Shown: positions 35,604 to 48,511 of the stretch, piece after piece
How the letters are laid out: every line of letters begins with the position of its first letter
How positions within the stretch are numbered: the first letter of the stretch is position 1
Source: Candidatus Omnitrophota bacterium
GTDB taxonomy: Bacteria; Omnitrophota; Gorgyraeia; Gygaellales; Profunditerraquicolaceae
DNA: 52,450 bases
Reading direction: 5' to 3'
Assembly: GCA_018822885.1 (NCBI GenBank)
Contig: JAHJJA010000018.1
Coordinates: 1 to 52,450 of the forward strand
Made by a program: the position numbers and the translations under genes
Notes under the pieces: model-generated
Database searches by the model: none
Told to the model about the DNA's origin: nothing
The model's input: the letters and a program-made list of their open reading frames with translations, nothing else

Positions 35604-36722
35604 CTACTTTGATTTGAGAACCGTCCCTATACGTTCATCGATTGGAGGATGGTCAAAAAAGAAAAATTTAATTATCGGATGTGGGGATTTATCAGCCAGA
35701 TTCTGGTCCCCTAGTTTCTCCATCATTGAAATAAACGCAAGTCTTAACCCGGTAGTCTTTAAGGCTAATGCATCCGCCTCTCTCTCAAAACAACGGCTGA
35801 CAAATGCCTCTAAGGGCCTGGTTACTACGCCAAAAATGACAAAATAAATAAAGATTATAGGTAAAGCTGCAATATCAGACAGCAAATTAAAACCGAAAAA
35901 TCTTAACACAAAGTCGCAAGTAACAAAGATCATGTAAAAAATCAGGACCGTAGCAAAAGAATTCACTACGATCAGTTTTAGAAGGTGCTTGAGTTTATAA
36001 TGGGCAAACTCGTGCGCCAGTATAACCACGATTTCGTCATGGCTATATTTATCCTTAAGCGTATCCGCAAGAAGCACCCTGCGGGTCTTGCCGACTCCGA
36101 CGAATGCGGCGTTTGCCTTAAGAGTTTTCTTGCTGAAATCTATCTCAAAAACATCCAGAATCCTGACCCCCATCTTCTCTGCCAGGCCCATGATCCTGCC
36201 GCGCAAAGCCTCGTCAGTCAACTTCTTATATTTAAAGAATAAAGGTATGATTATAACAGGCAAAAGCTTTGCAAAGACTACCGTAAAGAAGATCCAAAAA
36301 AGCGAGATAGCTAACCACCAGAAATGCGGAAATATTCTTAGTATCAAATAAAAGGCTCCCGCCAAGATAACAAGGATCACATAAGCAATGAGTGAAGACT
36401 TCAATTGATCAAACAACCAGTCTCCTATTTTTTGTTTTGTTAGAGAAAACTTATGCTCAAGGATAAAACCCTGATAGTAATTCAGCGGAAAAGTTAATAT
36501 ATAGTAGAGGATAAAGGTTACGAGCAAGAAAAGCGGGAACGATAAATACTTGCAAGGAACAGCCAAAGCCAGATTCTGCACAAGTAATTTCGAAGTTCCC
36601 GAAGCGGCAAATACAAAAAGTAAAGCCAAAAGATAGACTGTCTCGAATATCTCAAGCGAATATTTGATACAGGAATATCTCTTGGCTCTATTTTCTAAAC
36701 TATCGGCCAAAAAACAAAGCAT
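35604..36722 (-). CDS. M48-family zinc metalloprotease (Ste24/HtpX-like), polytopic membrane protein
   Basis: 372 aa. Several TM helices followed by the HEFAHYKLKH (HExxH) motif and a downstream E..AD. Confidence 0.8.
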   Translation of the reverse strand: MLCFLADSLENRAKRYSCIKYSLEIFETVYLLALLFVFAASGTSKLLVQNLALAVPCKYLSFPLFLLVTFILYYILTFPLNYYQGFILEHKFSLTKQKIGDWLFDQLKSSLIAYVILVILAGAFYLILRIFPHFWWLAISLFWIFFTVVFAKLLPVIIIPLFFKYKKLTDEALRGRIMGLAEKMGVRILDVFEIDFSKKTLKANAAFVGVGKTRRVLLADTLKDKYSHDEIVVILAHEFAHYKLKHLLKLIVVNSFATVLIFYMIFVTCDFVLRFFGFNLLSDIAALPIIFIYFVIFGVVTRPLEAFVSRCFEREADALALKTTGLRLAFISMMEKLGDQNLADKSPHPIIKFFFFDHPPIDERIGTVLKSK

Positions 36723-36724
36723 CC

Positions 36725-36973
36725 TTATTTAGCTGTCTTCTCTTTTGTGGGTTCGATATTAAGGAAAGTGCGGACTTGTCCGTGGCTGGTCTTTTTCTTG
36801 GTGAAATAGACTTTTCCTGAACAGCGGGCAAACATCGTACCTAGGCCTCCGACATTGACACCCGGCTTATACCTGGTCACGCCTCTGACAAGTATTTGAC
36901 CGGTCTTAACAGCCATGCCGCTGGATACCTTGACTTCTTTATCTTTCTTTGGTGTAGAAAAACCGCCTATCAT
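36725..36973 (-). CDS. Ribosomal protein L27-like protein (divergent)
   Basis: 82 aa with a strong GGGAGG RBS. The core G..V..GQILVR..T.YKPG.NVG...T.FA..GKV.F matches the L27 fold pattern. The N-terminus lacks the canonical A-H/S-K-K start. Confidence 0.6.
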   Translation of the reverse strand: MIGGFSTPKKDKEVKVSSGMAVKTGQILVRGVTRYKPGVNVGGLGTMFARCSGKVYFTKKKTSHGQVRTFLNIEPTKEKTAK

Positions 36974-37033
36974 TTGATTACCTCCCTATAGTAACTACTG
37001 TTAACATTAGAGTGTAATATTACCACAAAATCC

Positions 37034-38428
37034 TTAACTAAGCAAGATTTCTTCGTCCTTAGAAGGAATATGCGTGTTGAGGCCTTTTTGGGAGAGCGAA
37101 TCGTGCAAGGTCTGCAACTGCTCAATATCTCCGTGCACCAAGAATATGCGTTTTAAAGGGAGGCATCCCGAGACAAAATCATGGAGCTCATTCTTATCGG
37201 CGTGAGCCGAAAAAGAGTTGATGACTACGACTTCGGCGTTTAGCTCATATTCCACGCCGAATATACGCACGAATTTCTCATGATCAACGATCCTCTTACC
37301 CAAAGTATCCCTTGCCATATAGCCGACGACAAGGATGGTATTGCGAGTCTCCTCAATATTATTCTTTAGATGGTGCAGGATCCTGCCTGACTCGCACATG
37401 CCGCTGCCGGCGATGATTATCATCGGCCTCTTGTCGATATTCAAGGCCTTAGACTCCCGTTGGTCGCGGACATACCTTAAATTAAGCAATTCAAAAGGGT
37501 TATTCCCCTGTAAAATCGCCTGATGTGTCTGGTTATCCATATATTCAAGGTGATTTTGAAATACTTCGGTTATATCTATGGCCAAAGGGCTGTCTAAATA
37601 TATAGGTATGGAAGGAATAGCCTTTTCTTTAATAAGCTCATTTAAGAAGTATATCACTTCCTGCGAACGCTCCAAGGTAAAGGAGGGGATAAGGACCTTG
37701 CCGCCTCGCTCTATGGTGCGGTTGATCGCGTCTTTTAATCTTACCTTAGCCTCCTCGATCGGAGCGTGCAGCCTGCCTCCATAAGTGCTCTCTAAAATCA
37801 AATAATCCAGGCCTGTTGGGATCTTAGGGCTATTCAACATCGGCAGATTATTCCTGCCTAAATCCACAGCGTAGCCAAGCCTTATATTTCGCTGACCCTC
37901 TTTTATGTCCAGGACGATTATGCTCGAACCCAGGATATGGCCGGCATCGTAAAGCGTGACAAAGATATCTTTGGCTATGCAAAATCTTTGGCCGTAAGAA
38001 ATAGAACGAAACCTCTTGGTGGCCTTACCCGCTTCCTTCTTTGTATAAAGCGGCTTCCTTGGAGGCAATCCCAGATGCCTATTGATTTTGTTTACATAAT
38101 GAACATCCTCCTCCTGAACCTTTCCGGAGTCCTCAAGCATAAGCTTGGCAAGGTCCTTAGTAGCGGAGGTGGCATAGATCCGGCAGCGCAAACCTTTCTT
38201 TATCAGGTTTGGAATATTTCCGGAGTGGTCGATATGCGCATGAGAAAGTACCAGCGCATCAAGTTTATGTGGATTAAAGTTAAATGTAGTGTTTATCTGA
38301 TAAAAGGCATCGCGGCGCCCCTGAAAAAGCCCGGCATCAAGCAAGACCTCGGACTTATCGGTTGAGACCAGGTGACTGGAGCCGGTCACGGTCTTGGCCC
38401 CCCCTAAAAATTTTATTTTGATCGGCAT
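37034..38428 (-). CDS. MBL-fold beta-CASP family ribonuclease (CPSF/RNase J-like)
   Basis: 464 aa. Shows the HAHIDHSG motif and beta-CASP/RMMBL-type C-terminal half (SAHAD). Confidence 0.8.
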   Translation of the reverse strand: MPIKIKFLGGAKTVTGSSHLVSTDKSEVLLDAGLFQGRRDAFYQINTTFNFNPHKLDALVLSHAHIDHSGNIPNLIKKGLRCRIYATSATKDLAKLMLEDSGKVQEEDVHYVNKINRHLGLPPRKPLYTKKEAGKATKRFRSISYGQRFCIAKDIFVTLYDAGHILGSSIIVLDIKEGQRNIRLGYAVDLGRNNLPMLNSPKIPTGLDYLILESTYGGRLHAPIEEAKVRLKDAINRTIERGGKVLIPSFTLERSQEVIYFLNELIKEKAIPSIPIYLDSPLAIDITEVFQNHLEYMDNQTHQAILQGNNPFELLNLRYVRDQRESKALNIDKRPMIIIAGSGMCESGRILHHLKNNIEETRNTILVVGYMARDTLGKRIVDHEKFVRIFGVEYELNAEVVVINSFSAHADKNELHDFVSGCLPLKRIFLVHGDIEQLQTLHDSLSQKGLNTHIPSKDEEILLS

Positions 38429-38430
38429 AG

Positions 38431-39111
38431 TTATTTATGGGTTTTCCTGATCTTTAAAAAAACTATTGCGACAAGCAGAAAATAAGCCAGGCTGACAACA
38501 AAGATCGCTTTGTTTTGCAGAAAATATTGCGCGATTGCAGCCGGGTCATAAAGGACGCTTTTGCCTACGCCCGAGAGAATAAACTGCAGCCAGAAAATAC
38601 GTAAAGGCGACCCCAGGATGACCGCCGCGATATACCTTTTAAAGGTTATATTCGTCAGACCAGCGGCGATATCTAAAAACCTGAACGGGGCCAGAGGAAC
38701 AGCCCTTAATAAAAAAAGCCAGAAAAAATTCAAACCGGAGATTTTCTTATCCAGTTCAAGATTTTTTGCCTTTAGGGCCGTTTCTACGAAATGCCTTCCT
38801 AAAAAGCGCGCGAACCAAAATAAAACACAGGCATTTATTGTCTCCGCAATCAAGACCAAAAGGGTGCTCAAGTACGGGCCAAACACTATTGCCGCGGCAA
38901 ACCTGAATATGTCTTTAGAAAACCAGATAAAAAAAGTGACGACTACATAAAAAATAACAAATAATAACGCAGAAAGAACAAACGGATACTTAGACAACCC
39001 TTGCCTGATAGCATTATCGTCAATATGAAAAAACCTGCCTAAGATTCCAAGCAGGGACAATATGATAATTAGAAAGGCAAATTTAATAAGCTGGTTTTGA
39101 CGCTCTGTCAT
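38431..39111 (-). CDS. TVP38/TMEM64 (DedA-related) family membrane protein
   Basis: 226 aa with five to six TM helices. Shows FLLRAVPLAPFRFLDIAAGLT, typical of the SNARE-associated/DedA superfamily. Confidence 0.7.
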   Translation of the reverse strand: MTERQNQLIKFAFLIIILSLLGILGRFFHIDDNAIRQGLSKYPFVLSALLFVIFYVVVTFFIWFSKDIFRFAAAIVFGPYLSTLLVLIAETINACVLFWFARFLGRHFVETALKAKNLELDKKISGLNFFWLFLLRAVPLAPFRFLDIAAGLTNITFKRYIAAVILGSPLRIFWLQFILSGVGKSVLYDPAAIAQYFLQNKAIFVVSLAYFLLVAIVFLKIRKTHK

Positions 39112-39121
39112 TAGTTGGTTT

Positions 39122-40645
39122 TTAAGTTACAAAAAGATTCCGCGAAGAAAACTTACCGTCAGTAGTCAAGTTGACTCCCAGCCGCTTCAATCCGACTTCA
39201 TCTCCCGGAGTGGGGATGTGTGTCATATGCACTTCGCAGCCTTTTAATTCAATGAGCTTGTTCATGGCAAGTTCAGCGGTGTGATTTGTAGTCGCGCTGA
39301 TAGAAAGGGCGATCAAGACTTCTTCCAGATCCAGGCTTTCTGACTCGGCATCAAGTATCCCCTCTTTTAATTTCCCGATCTGATTGATGACATGCGGAGA
39401 AAGCAGTAATATCTCATCCGGAATATTAGTAAGGACCTTCACGGCATTCAATATAAGGGCGGAGGCGGCATGCATAAGTTTGGAGTTTTTTCCGGTGATG
39501 ACGCGCCCGTCGTTTAACTGTATAGAGGCGCCGCAATAAATCCCTTCATTGCCTTTTCCTTTTGCCTCTGCTGCCTCGGCGGCGAGCCTGGCCACCTCTA
39601 CTACTTTTCTGTCTGTGACCTTGACACCAAGTTCTTCCATAAGCAAAGATACCTTATCTACGGTCTCCCTCCTTTCTATTCCCATTATATATTCTGTGTT
39701 GTACCTAAAATACCTTCTGATCAGCTCCTGCTTGGATGCCTCCTGTACTACCTTATCGTCCACAATGCCAAAACCCGCCCGGTTTACCCCCATGTCTGTG
39801 GGAGAATTATAAACGGGAGAATTCGCATCCTTATCCAGAATCTTACTCAAAATCAATTTCAAAATAGGAAAACTCTCTACGTCGCGATTATAATTAATGG
39901 AAATCTTATTGTATTTATTTAGGTGAAAAGGGTCGACGAGATTAAAATCCAAAATATCGGCGGTAGCCGCTTCATAAGCGACATTGACCGGATGCTTCAA
40001 GGGAAGATTCCATATAGGAAAAGTCTCGAATTTAGCGTAACCGGCATTTACTCCGCGCTTATGCTCATGATACAATTGAGAAAGACAAGTCGAAAGCTTG
40101 CCGCTGTTTGGCCCGGGAGCAGTGATCACCACGATCGGATTCTTGGTTTCAATAAATTCATTCTTGCCAAAACCTTTTTCGCTGACAATGGTATCTATGT
40201 CCGCGGGGTAGCCTTCTATAGGGTAATGAAGATTCACCTTCACCCCCCGGCGCTCTAATTTATTCTTGAAGATGATCGCCGATGATTGATTGGAGAAGCG
40301 CGTGATTACAACCGATAAGATATCTAGCCCCCATTTACGCAAGTCATCGATGAGCTTAAGGGTCGCGGCATCATAGGTAATGCCGAAATCCCCGCGTACC
40401 CTGCCCTTTTCGATATCTCCCGCGTAAATCGCAAGCACGATATCGATCTTGTCTTTTAACTGCTGCAGCAGTCTGATCTTCACATTTGGGTCGTAACCCG
40501 GAAGTACCCGCGCTGCGTGATAATCAAAACAAAGCTTGCCGCCAAACTCCAGATAAAGCTTGTTATCAAACTTCTTCACCCGGTCAACGATAGCCGTTGT
40601 CTGCTCTCTTAAATACTTATCATTATCAAAACCTGTAGTTTTCAT
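39122..40645 (-). CDS. DUF1846 (UPF0371) family protein, function unknown
   Basis: 507 aa. Start FDNDKYLREQTTAIVDRV...LYLEFGGKL.FDYHAARVLPGYDPN matches my recollection of the UPF0371 family. It has its own promoter and follows a terminator. Confidence 0.7.
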   Translation of the reverse strand: MKTTGFDNDKYLREQTTAIVDRVKKFDNKLYLEFGGKLCFDYHAARVLPGYDPNVKIRLLQQLKDKIDIVLAIYAGDIEKGRVRGDFGITYDAATLKLIDDLRKWGLDILSVVITRFSNQSSAIIFKNKLERRGVKVNLHYPIEGYPADIDTIVSEKGFGKNEFIETKNPIVVITAPGPNSGKLSTCLSQLYHEHKRGVNAGYAKFETFPIWNLPLKHPVNVAYEAATADILDFNLVDPFHLNKYNKISINYNRDVESFPILKLILSKILDKDANSPVYNSPTDMGVNRAGFGIVDDKVVQEASKQELIRRYFRYNTEYIMGIERRETVDKVSLLMEELGVKVTDRKVVEVARLAAEAAEAKGKGNEGIYCGASIQLNDGRVITGKNSKLMHAASALILNAVKVLTNIPDEILLLSPHVINQIGKLKEGILDAESESLDLEEVLIALSISATTNHTAELAMNKLIELKGCEVHMTHIPTPGDEVGLKRLGVNLTTDGKFSSRNLFVT

Positions 40646-40668
40646 TTCTATTCCTTTTTTGATATTAC

Positions 40669-40697
40669 ATTATAATATGCCTCCGTAGATTTGTAAA
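40669..40697 (-). promoter_or_regulatory. Candidate sigma-70 promoter of the DUF1846 gene
   Basis: Minus strand has TTTACA (40697..40692), a 17-nt spacer, then TATAAT (40674..40669). The ATG lies 23 nt downstream, with AGGA. Confidence 0.55.
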
Positions 40698-40729
40698 CAA
40701 AAAAGGCCAGGCTTTATTTCGGCCTGGCC
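40695..40729 (-). terminator. Intrinsic terminator after the half-size carB
   Basis: Minus strand reads GGCCAGGC-CGAAAUAAA-GCCUGGCC followed by UUUUUUGUUU. Confidence 0.8.
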
Positions 40730-40763
40730 GGAAATTAGCGAGTGAAATATTATTCGGCCTTCT

Positions 40764-42417
40764 TTACCTCTCATAGGTAGAATAAAAGTACGGGGTGTAA
40801 GCCTGGAATTCCCCGGCGCAGGTATCGACAAGCTTAAAGTCAGGCTTGATTTCAAAAGATTTGCGCAACTTATAGACCTCCTCTTCCTCTTTATCGAAGA
40901 TTGCCGACAACTGCTTATCGCTAAAGCCAAATTCTTTGGCCTTTAGAAAAAGGTCTTTTGTAATATCACTCCCGCGCTTTAGGAGTTCTGACTCAAACTT
41001 AACGATCTCTTGAATATTACAAAGAAACCACCGGTCAATTTTGGTCAATCCATAGATCTCTTCGATCCCGATGTTTGCTCGCATGGCATCAGCGATATAA
41101 AAGATCCTCTCGGAGTTTGGAACCCGCAATTTCTCTTTTATCATCTCAAGCGTCTGGCTGTCCGGTTTAATATTGCTTAGATCCTGAAAAACGATGCTTT
41201 CAAGGCCGTATTTCTTTATTTCGAGAGAACGCAAGCCTTTTTGCAAGGATTCCTTAAAGGTCCTTCCGATAGACATCGCTTCTCCTACGGATTTCATTGA
41301 GACGGTCAAGGCGGAATTGGCCTTAGAAAATTTCTCAAAAGTAAAACGCGGGATTTTTACAACACAGTAATCAATCGCAGGTTCAAAACAGGCAGGGGTT
41401 TCCTTAGTGATATCATTTGAGATCTCATCAAGCGTATACCCCACAGCCAGCTTAGCTGCGATTTTGGCGATAGGAAAACCCGTAGCCTTGGAGGCAAGTG
41501 CGGAACTGCGCGAAACTCGCGGGTTCATTTCAATGACGACCATCCTGCCAGTCTCAGGATTAACCGCAAACTGTATATTAGAACCCCCTGTTTCAACTCC
41601 GATCTCCCTTATACAGGCTATAGCAGCGTCTCGCATCTTCTGGTATTCTTTATCCGTCAAGGTCTGGATCGGGGCGACAGTAATACTGTCTCCCGTATGT
41701 ATCCCCATAGGATCAAGATTCTCAATAGAACAGATGATCACGACATTATCCTTTAAATCGCGCATCACCTCCAGCTCAAATTCCTTCCATCCCGCTACCG
41801 ATTCCTCTATCAGGATCTCGCTTATCATGCTTGACTCTAAACCTTGCTTGGCCAACTCCCTGAATTCTTCTATATTATAAGCGAGGCTGCCGCCTGTGCC
41901 CCCTAAAGTAAAACTCGGGCGGATGATCACAGGAAAACCGATTTTTTGCACAACTTCTAAAGCCTCTTTAAGGGTATATGCCTTTGAACTCTTAGGCAGA
42001 TCAAGGCCGATCTTCAGCATCGCTTCTTTAAATAACTGCCTATCCTCCCCTTTTTTTATCGCTCGGATATTTGCGCCGATAGTCTCTACTTTATATTTTT
42101 TCAAAACTCCCATTTCAAAAAGGACCACTGCCGTATTGAGCGCGGTCTGGCCTCCTAACGTCGGCAAAAGCGCATCCGGCCGCTCCCTTGCGATTATCTT
42201 TTCTACTATCTCGGGAGTTATCGGCTCGATATAAGTCTTATCAGCAAGCCCGGGGTCCGTCATAATAGTCGCGGGGTTAGAGTTGACTAAAACGACGCTA
42301 AAACCCTCCTGCCTTAGCACCTTGCAGGCCTGCGCTCCGGAATAATCAAACTCGCAAGCCTGGCCTATGACAATAGGTCCTGAACCAATGATCATGATCT
42401 TTTTGATGTCAGTGCGT

Positions 42418-42425
<8 letters not shown>
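40764..42425 (-). CDS. carB: Carbamoyl-phosphate synthase large subunit, N-terminal half only (carboxyphosphate plus oligomerisation domains)
   Basis: 553 aa. Shows [21 protein letters not shown] at the start and ends ...[21 protein letters not shown] at the known internal-duplication boundary. Stop is followed by a terminator. Confidence 0.85.
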
Positions 42426-45228
<2,803 letters not shown>

Positions 45229-45234
45229 ATTTTT

Positions 45235-46587
45235 TTAGCTCTCCGGCTTGATCAAATGGAGGTAATCCTTGCCCTCCTTCCAGGGGTTCAGGTAACGTGC
45301 GATCTTCACCTGCTCTTTGTTTTCCTTTAAATCAATCGACTCTTTCTTGTCTTCCGGAAAGATCACCTCGACTTTAGGAGAAAATATGTCATCCTCGTTC
45401 TCTTCCCTGACCACCGCTATCCTTCCATCGCTTAAACTTAAGATAGAACCTATCGGCCAGACTCCCATAGCCTTAAAGAATTTATCCACCAATTCTGGGT
45501 CAAAAGACTCACCCCTCTCTTTGATCATAATATTATAAATCATATCCGGAGAGTAATCCGCCTTATAGCTCCTTCTTGCGGAAAGGGCATCATAAACATC
45601 GCATAAACTGACTATCATAGAGGCTGTATGCGGCTTACGCGCAAAACTCAACTTAGGGTAACCTTTTAAATTGTATTTTAGATGGTGTTCAAAAGCCACT
45701 ACTACCGGCAGGATCCCTAAACTATCCACGTATTTTAAAAGGATCTCTGAGCCCAGCATAGGGTGGCTCTTTATTTTAGCGAACTCTTCGTCATTCAACC
45801 TCTCTGCCTTAGTGATGATCTTACGAGAAATATAGAGCTTACCGATATCATGGAACAAAGCGGCTACTCCGATATCCATTATATCGTCTTTGTTAAACCC
45901 CAGCTTAGAAGAAAAAAACATCGACAGGATAGACACATTTAGAAGATGGACAAAGGTCTCGGCGTCGTATCTTTTAAGGGTAGTCAGCTTTAAAAACTCC
46001 TGGTGCTGTAAGATCAAGTTCTCCATGATATTCCTTAATGAAAACTTTAGCACCGCATGGTCGAGGCTGCCTAAATCCAGGACATTTGTCACTGAATCAT
46101 TGATACTCTCCAGAGAAGTCTCATAGAGCTTCCTTGATTCCAGAAAATCCTTTGTCAAAAGCAACTGCTGCGTAGCGATGACCTTGAGCTTACTCACTTG
46201 GATATTATTTATTCCTATAGAAACAAGATGCTCCTGTGGCTCTTTCTGGATATCCTCTTTTTTACTGGATAAAAATACCAGGAATTTACTAAGCTCTTCC
46301 TCATGCATTGCCCTGCGGAACACCAACCTCTCGATCCCTTTTTCCTTAAGAAAAACTATTGCTGGCCTCACCAGCTTACTTAGATCAAAGAATATCTCCT
46401 TTTCAAAAACAAGCTCTTCACCAACGATACCCACCACGAACTCCTCTTTTTCTTTAAGGATGTCCTGAATACTCGCATAGGCCTTATCTAAATATGATTT
46501 AAAGACGGGGTGCTCTGTGCCATAGAGCTTGACTATCTGAAGCGCCGCCAATAAATCCCTAAAAGTAGTTTCAACTCGCTCTAGCAT
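45235..46587 (-). CDS. HD-GYP domain protein (probable cyclic-di-nucleotide phosphodiesterase) with an uncharacterised N-terminal domain
   Basis: 450 aa. Shows HDIGKL and HHLKYNLKGYP (HHx7GYP) motifs. Confidence 0.8.
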   Translation of the reverse strand: MLERVETTFRDLLAALQIVKLYGTEHPVFKSYLDKAYASIQDILKEKEEFVVGIVGEELVFEKEIFFDLSKLVRPAIVFLKEKGIERLVFRRAMHEEELSKFLVFLSSKKEDIQKEPQEHLVSIGINNIQVSKLKVIATQQLLLTKDFLESRKLYETSLESINDSVTNVLDLGSLDHAVLKFSLRNIMENLILQHQEFLKLTTLKRYDAETFVHLLNVSILSMFFSSKLGFNKDDIMDIGVAALFHDIGKLYISRKIITKAERLNDEEFAKIKSHPMLGSEILLKYVDSLGILPVVVAFEHHLKYNLKGYPKLSFARKPHTASMIVSLCDVYDALSARRSYKADYSPDMIYNIMIKERGESFDPELVDKFFKAMGVWPIGSILSLSDGRIAVVREENEDDIFSPKVEVIFPEDKKESIDLKENKEQVKIARYLNPWKEGKDYLHLIKPES

Positions 46588-48505
46588 TCCATTTCCTCAA
46601 TATTGATTTAGCCTTGTCTCTTAACTTCCTATTCCAGAAAAAACGCCTTTTAGCAAAAGAGTAAAGATAATCGGAGGCCTGCACAAAATCCAGGTCGTTT
46701 ACAATCATCATATTTTCTATCAGAAGATTATTCTTTAGGCCCAAGAGGCTGCGGACAGAGAAGATCATTTCCGCCGCCACCGACTCTGTTTCTTTGTGAT
46801 AGATCAAAACCGCAAAAGCCTCCCTCCTTAAAGCATAATCCTTGGATTTTAAGATCTGAAATAAGAATTTCTCATCTAGCAGCTTCAAGTCCCTCATTGC
46901 TTTTAATGTCTCGATCTTGATGAACTTATTATCCGCGGCGAACAAAAACTCTAATACCTCCAGCACTACAGGGGAATCTATCTGCCTTAGATTATCAATG
47001 ACTTTCAGTAAAAAATGCGGCTCCGAATACCTCTGGGAAAGATTACTGAGAAAAAGATTCATCTTTTGAGGAAAATGCCTGAAGAACAACCTTAACGCGT
47101 TAGGAGTGAGCTTCTGCTCGTGGAAAAACTTTCCTATGTAAAAATCAAGGCCCCTCGCGGGCTTTATTATCGCGTCAATAAACTCCTCGAGGTCGATCTG
47201 CAGATCATCGTCCCAGACCGCATTCTCAATAAACTCGACTATCCGTTTATAGATCTCGACAAAACCGGGCTTTAGTAAACTGCCTTCGATCCTCTTTCTC
47301 CTGAGTATCTCCAAAAGGTTTCCTAAATAACTGAAGTCTTTGACTTCGACGACCTTATCTAACTCCGCATCCAGGCTTTCCATAATAAAACCAAGCCTTT
47401 GCTGCTCTTTTTCCAAATCAAAGAGGCCTAAAAGGATATACCTGTAATTTTCCAGCAAGGCCTTGCGGTCAAAGGTCAGGACGCTTTCGAAAGAGATATT
47501 TTTAAAAAGCTGTGAAAGCGTATTGCGGTAAACCTCGGAAAGATGGCTATCCTGCGAAACAGAAAACAGCTCCTGCGCCTTTTTTACTGCCTGCTTGTTT
47601 TTCTCAAGAAACTCCTTATCTTCTGCCTTCTTGACAAAGGACTTGATGATCTCATCCTGTTTTTCCTTTCCCGAGAGACGGGAAAAAAGCTCAAAGCTCA
47701 GGCTGTCAAAATTCTGATCGGCAGATAATTGCTTCCAAAGCATATCCGAGAATTCATCCTCGCTTAGATCCTGGAAGACATCCTTTAGCTCCTGGATCTT
47801 CTGGGAGTTACTAAGATCCTTATTTCTTAGTGCCATCTTAAACAGGTCCTGGGCGCAGGCCTTAAATTTGTCACTTTTTGTATTTTTAAGGTATTTCAGG
47901 AACTTTCCTATATTCTCGCGTAATTCATCATCATCGACTATATCTTTTGCCTTAAACTTTGAGATTATGCTGCTAAAATTGAGGGCATACTCGTTGATCT
48001 TCTGCAAGTCAGCTTTATCTACGCTCTCCTTAAATAAATAAACCCAGATATCTTTTGCCTCTTCTCCCTCCCCCATCAAAAGCATGGAATAATCCAATTC
48101 TTTAACAGAGATATCCGGATACTGCCCAAGCTCCATCATATGCCTGACGCCGCCTTTTCTGATGACCTCTCTTTTTGGGATAGAAACACAGTTAAGAAAA
48201 TCGACTAATTCCTGGACCGTGATCCCGGGAGAGATCTCGATCCCCTCGATCTTACGCAAATGGAAGAATCCCGCCAAATCTACATAAATCCCCAGTTTAG
48301 CCCAGAATCTTTCATCTATATACAACGAGTCAGGAGTGACATTGATCTTTATTGGATTCAAATACCTTGAGAGTGCATCGATTTTTTGCTTAAAGGTAGC
48401 TACCGATTTTCTGTAATAAGGATGGTCCTTTGAATAGGCTGATGCGGTATTGAGCACGATGCGAAAACCCTTTAAGAAATCCTGCAATGCTTCTTCTTTG
48501 TCCAT
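46571..48505 (-). CDS. Hypothetical 644-aa protein, helical-repeat-like; its N-terminal domain is paralogous to that of the downstream HD-GYP protein
   Basis: Long ORF whose stop overlaps the HD-GYP start by 17 nt. Its N-terminal 100 aa or so align by eye with the N-terminus of the HD-GYP protein (…Y..(D/E)HP.(Y/F)(R/K)S… through …EL..FL..(V/L)S). Confidence 0.6.
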   Translation of the reverse strand: MDKEEALQDFLKGFRIVLNTASAYSKDHPYYRKSVATFKQKIDALSRYLNPIKINVTPDSLYIDERFWAKLGIYVDLAGFFHLRKIEGIEISPGITVQELVDFLNCVSIPKREVIRKGGVRHMMELGQYPDISVKELDYSMLLMGEGEEAKDIWVYLFKESVDKADLQKINEYALNFSSIISKFKAKDIVDDDELRENIGKFLKYLKNTKSDKFKACAQDLFKMALRNKDLSNSQKIQELKDVFQDLSEDEFSDMLWKQLSADQNFDSLSFELFSRLSGKEKQDEIIKSFVKKAEDKEFLEKNKQAVKKAQELFSVSQDSHLSEVYRNTLSQLFKNISFESVLTFDRKALLENYRYILLGLFDLEKEQQRLGFIMESLDAELDKVVEVKDFSYLGNLLEILRRKRIEGSLLKPGFVEIYKRIVEFIENAVWDDDLQIDLEEFIDAIIKPARGLDFYIGKFFHEQKLTPNALRLFFRHFPQKMNLFLSNLSQRYSEPHFLLKVIDNLRQIDSPVVLEVLEFLFAADNKFIKIETLKAMRDLKLLDEKFLFQILKSKDYALRREAFAVLIYHKETESVAAEMIFSVRSLLGLKNNLLIENMMIVNDLDFVQASDYLYSFAKRRFFWNRKLRDKAKSILRKWNARAS

Positions 48506-48511
48506 GGTTTT

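Noticed and set aside
40670-40930. ORF 40670-40930 (-).
   Set aside because: It overlaps the 3' end of carB in another frame and spans the terminator and promoter. The translation shows no coding signal.
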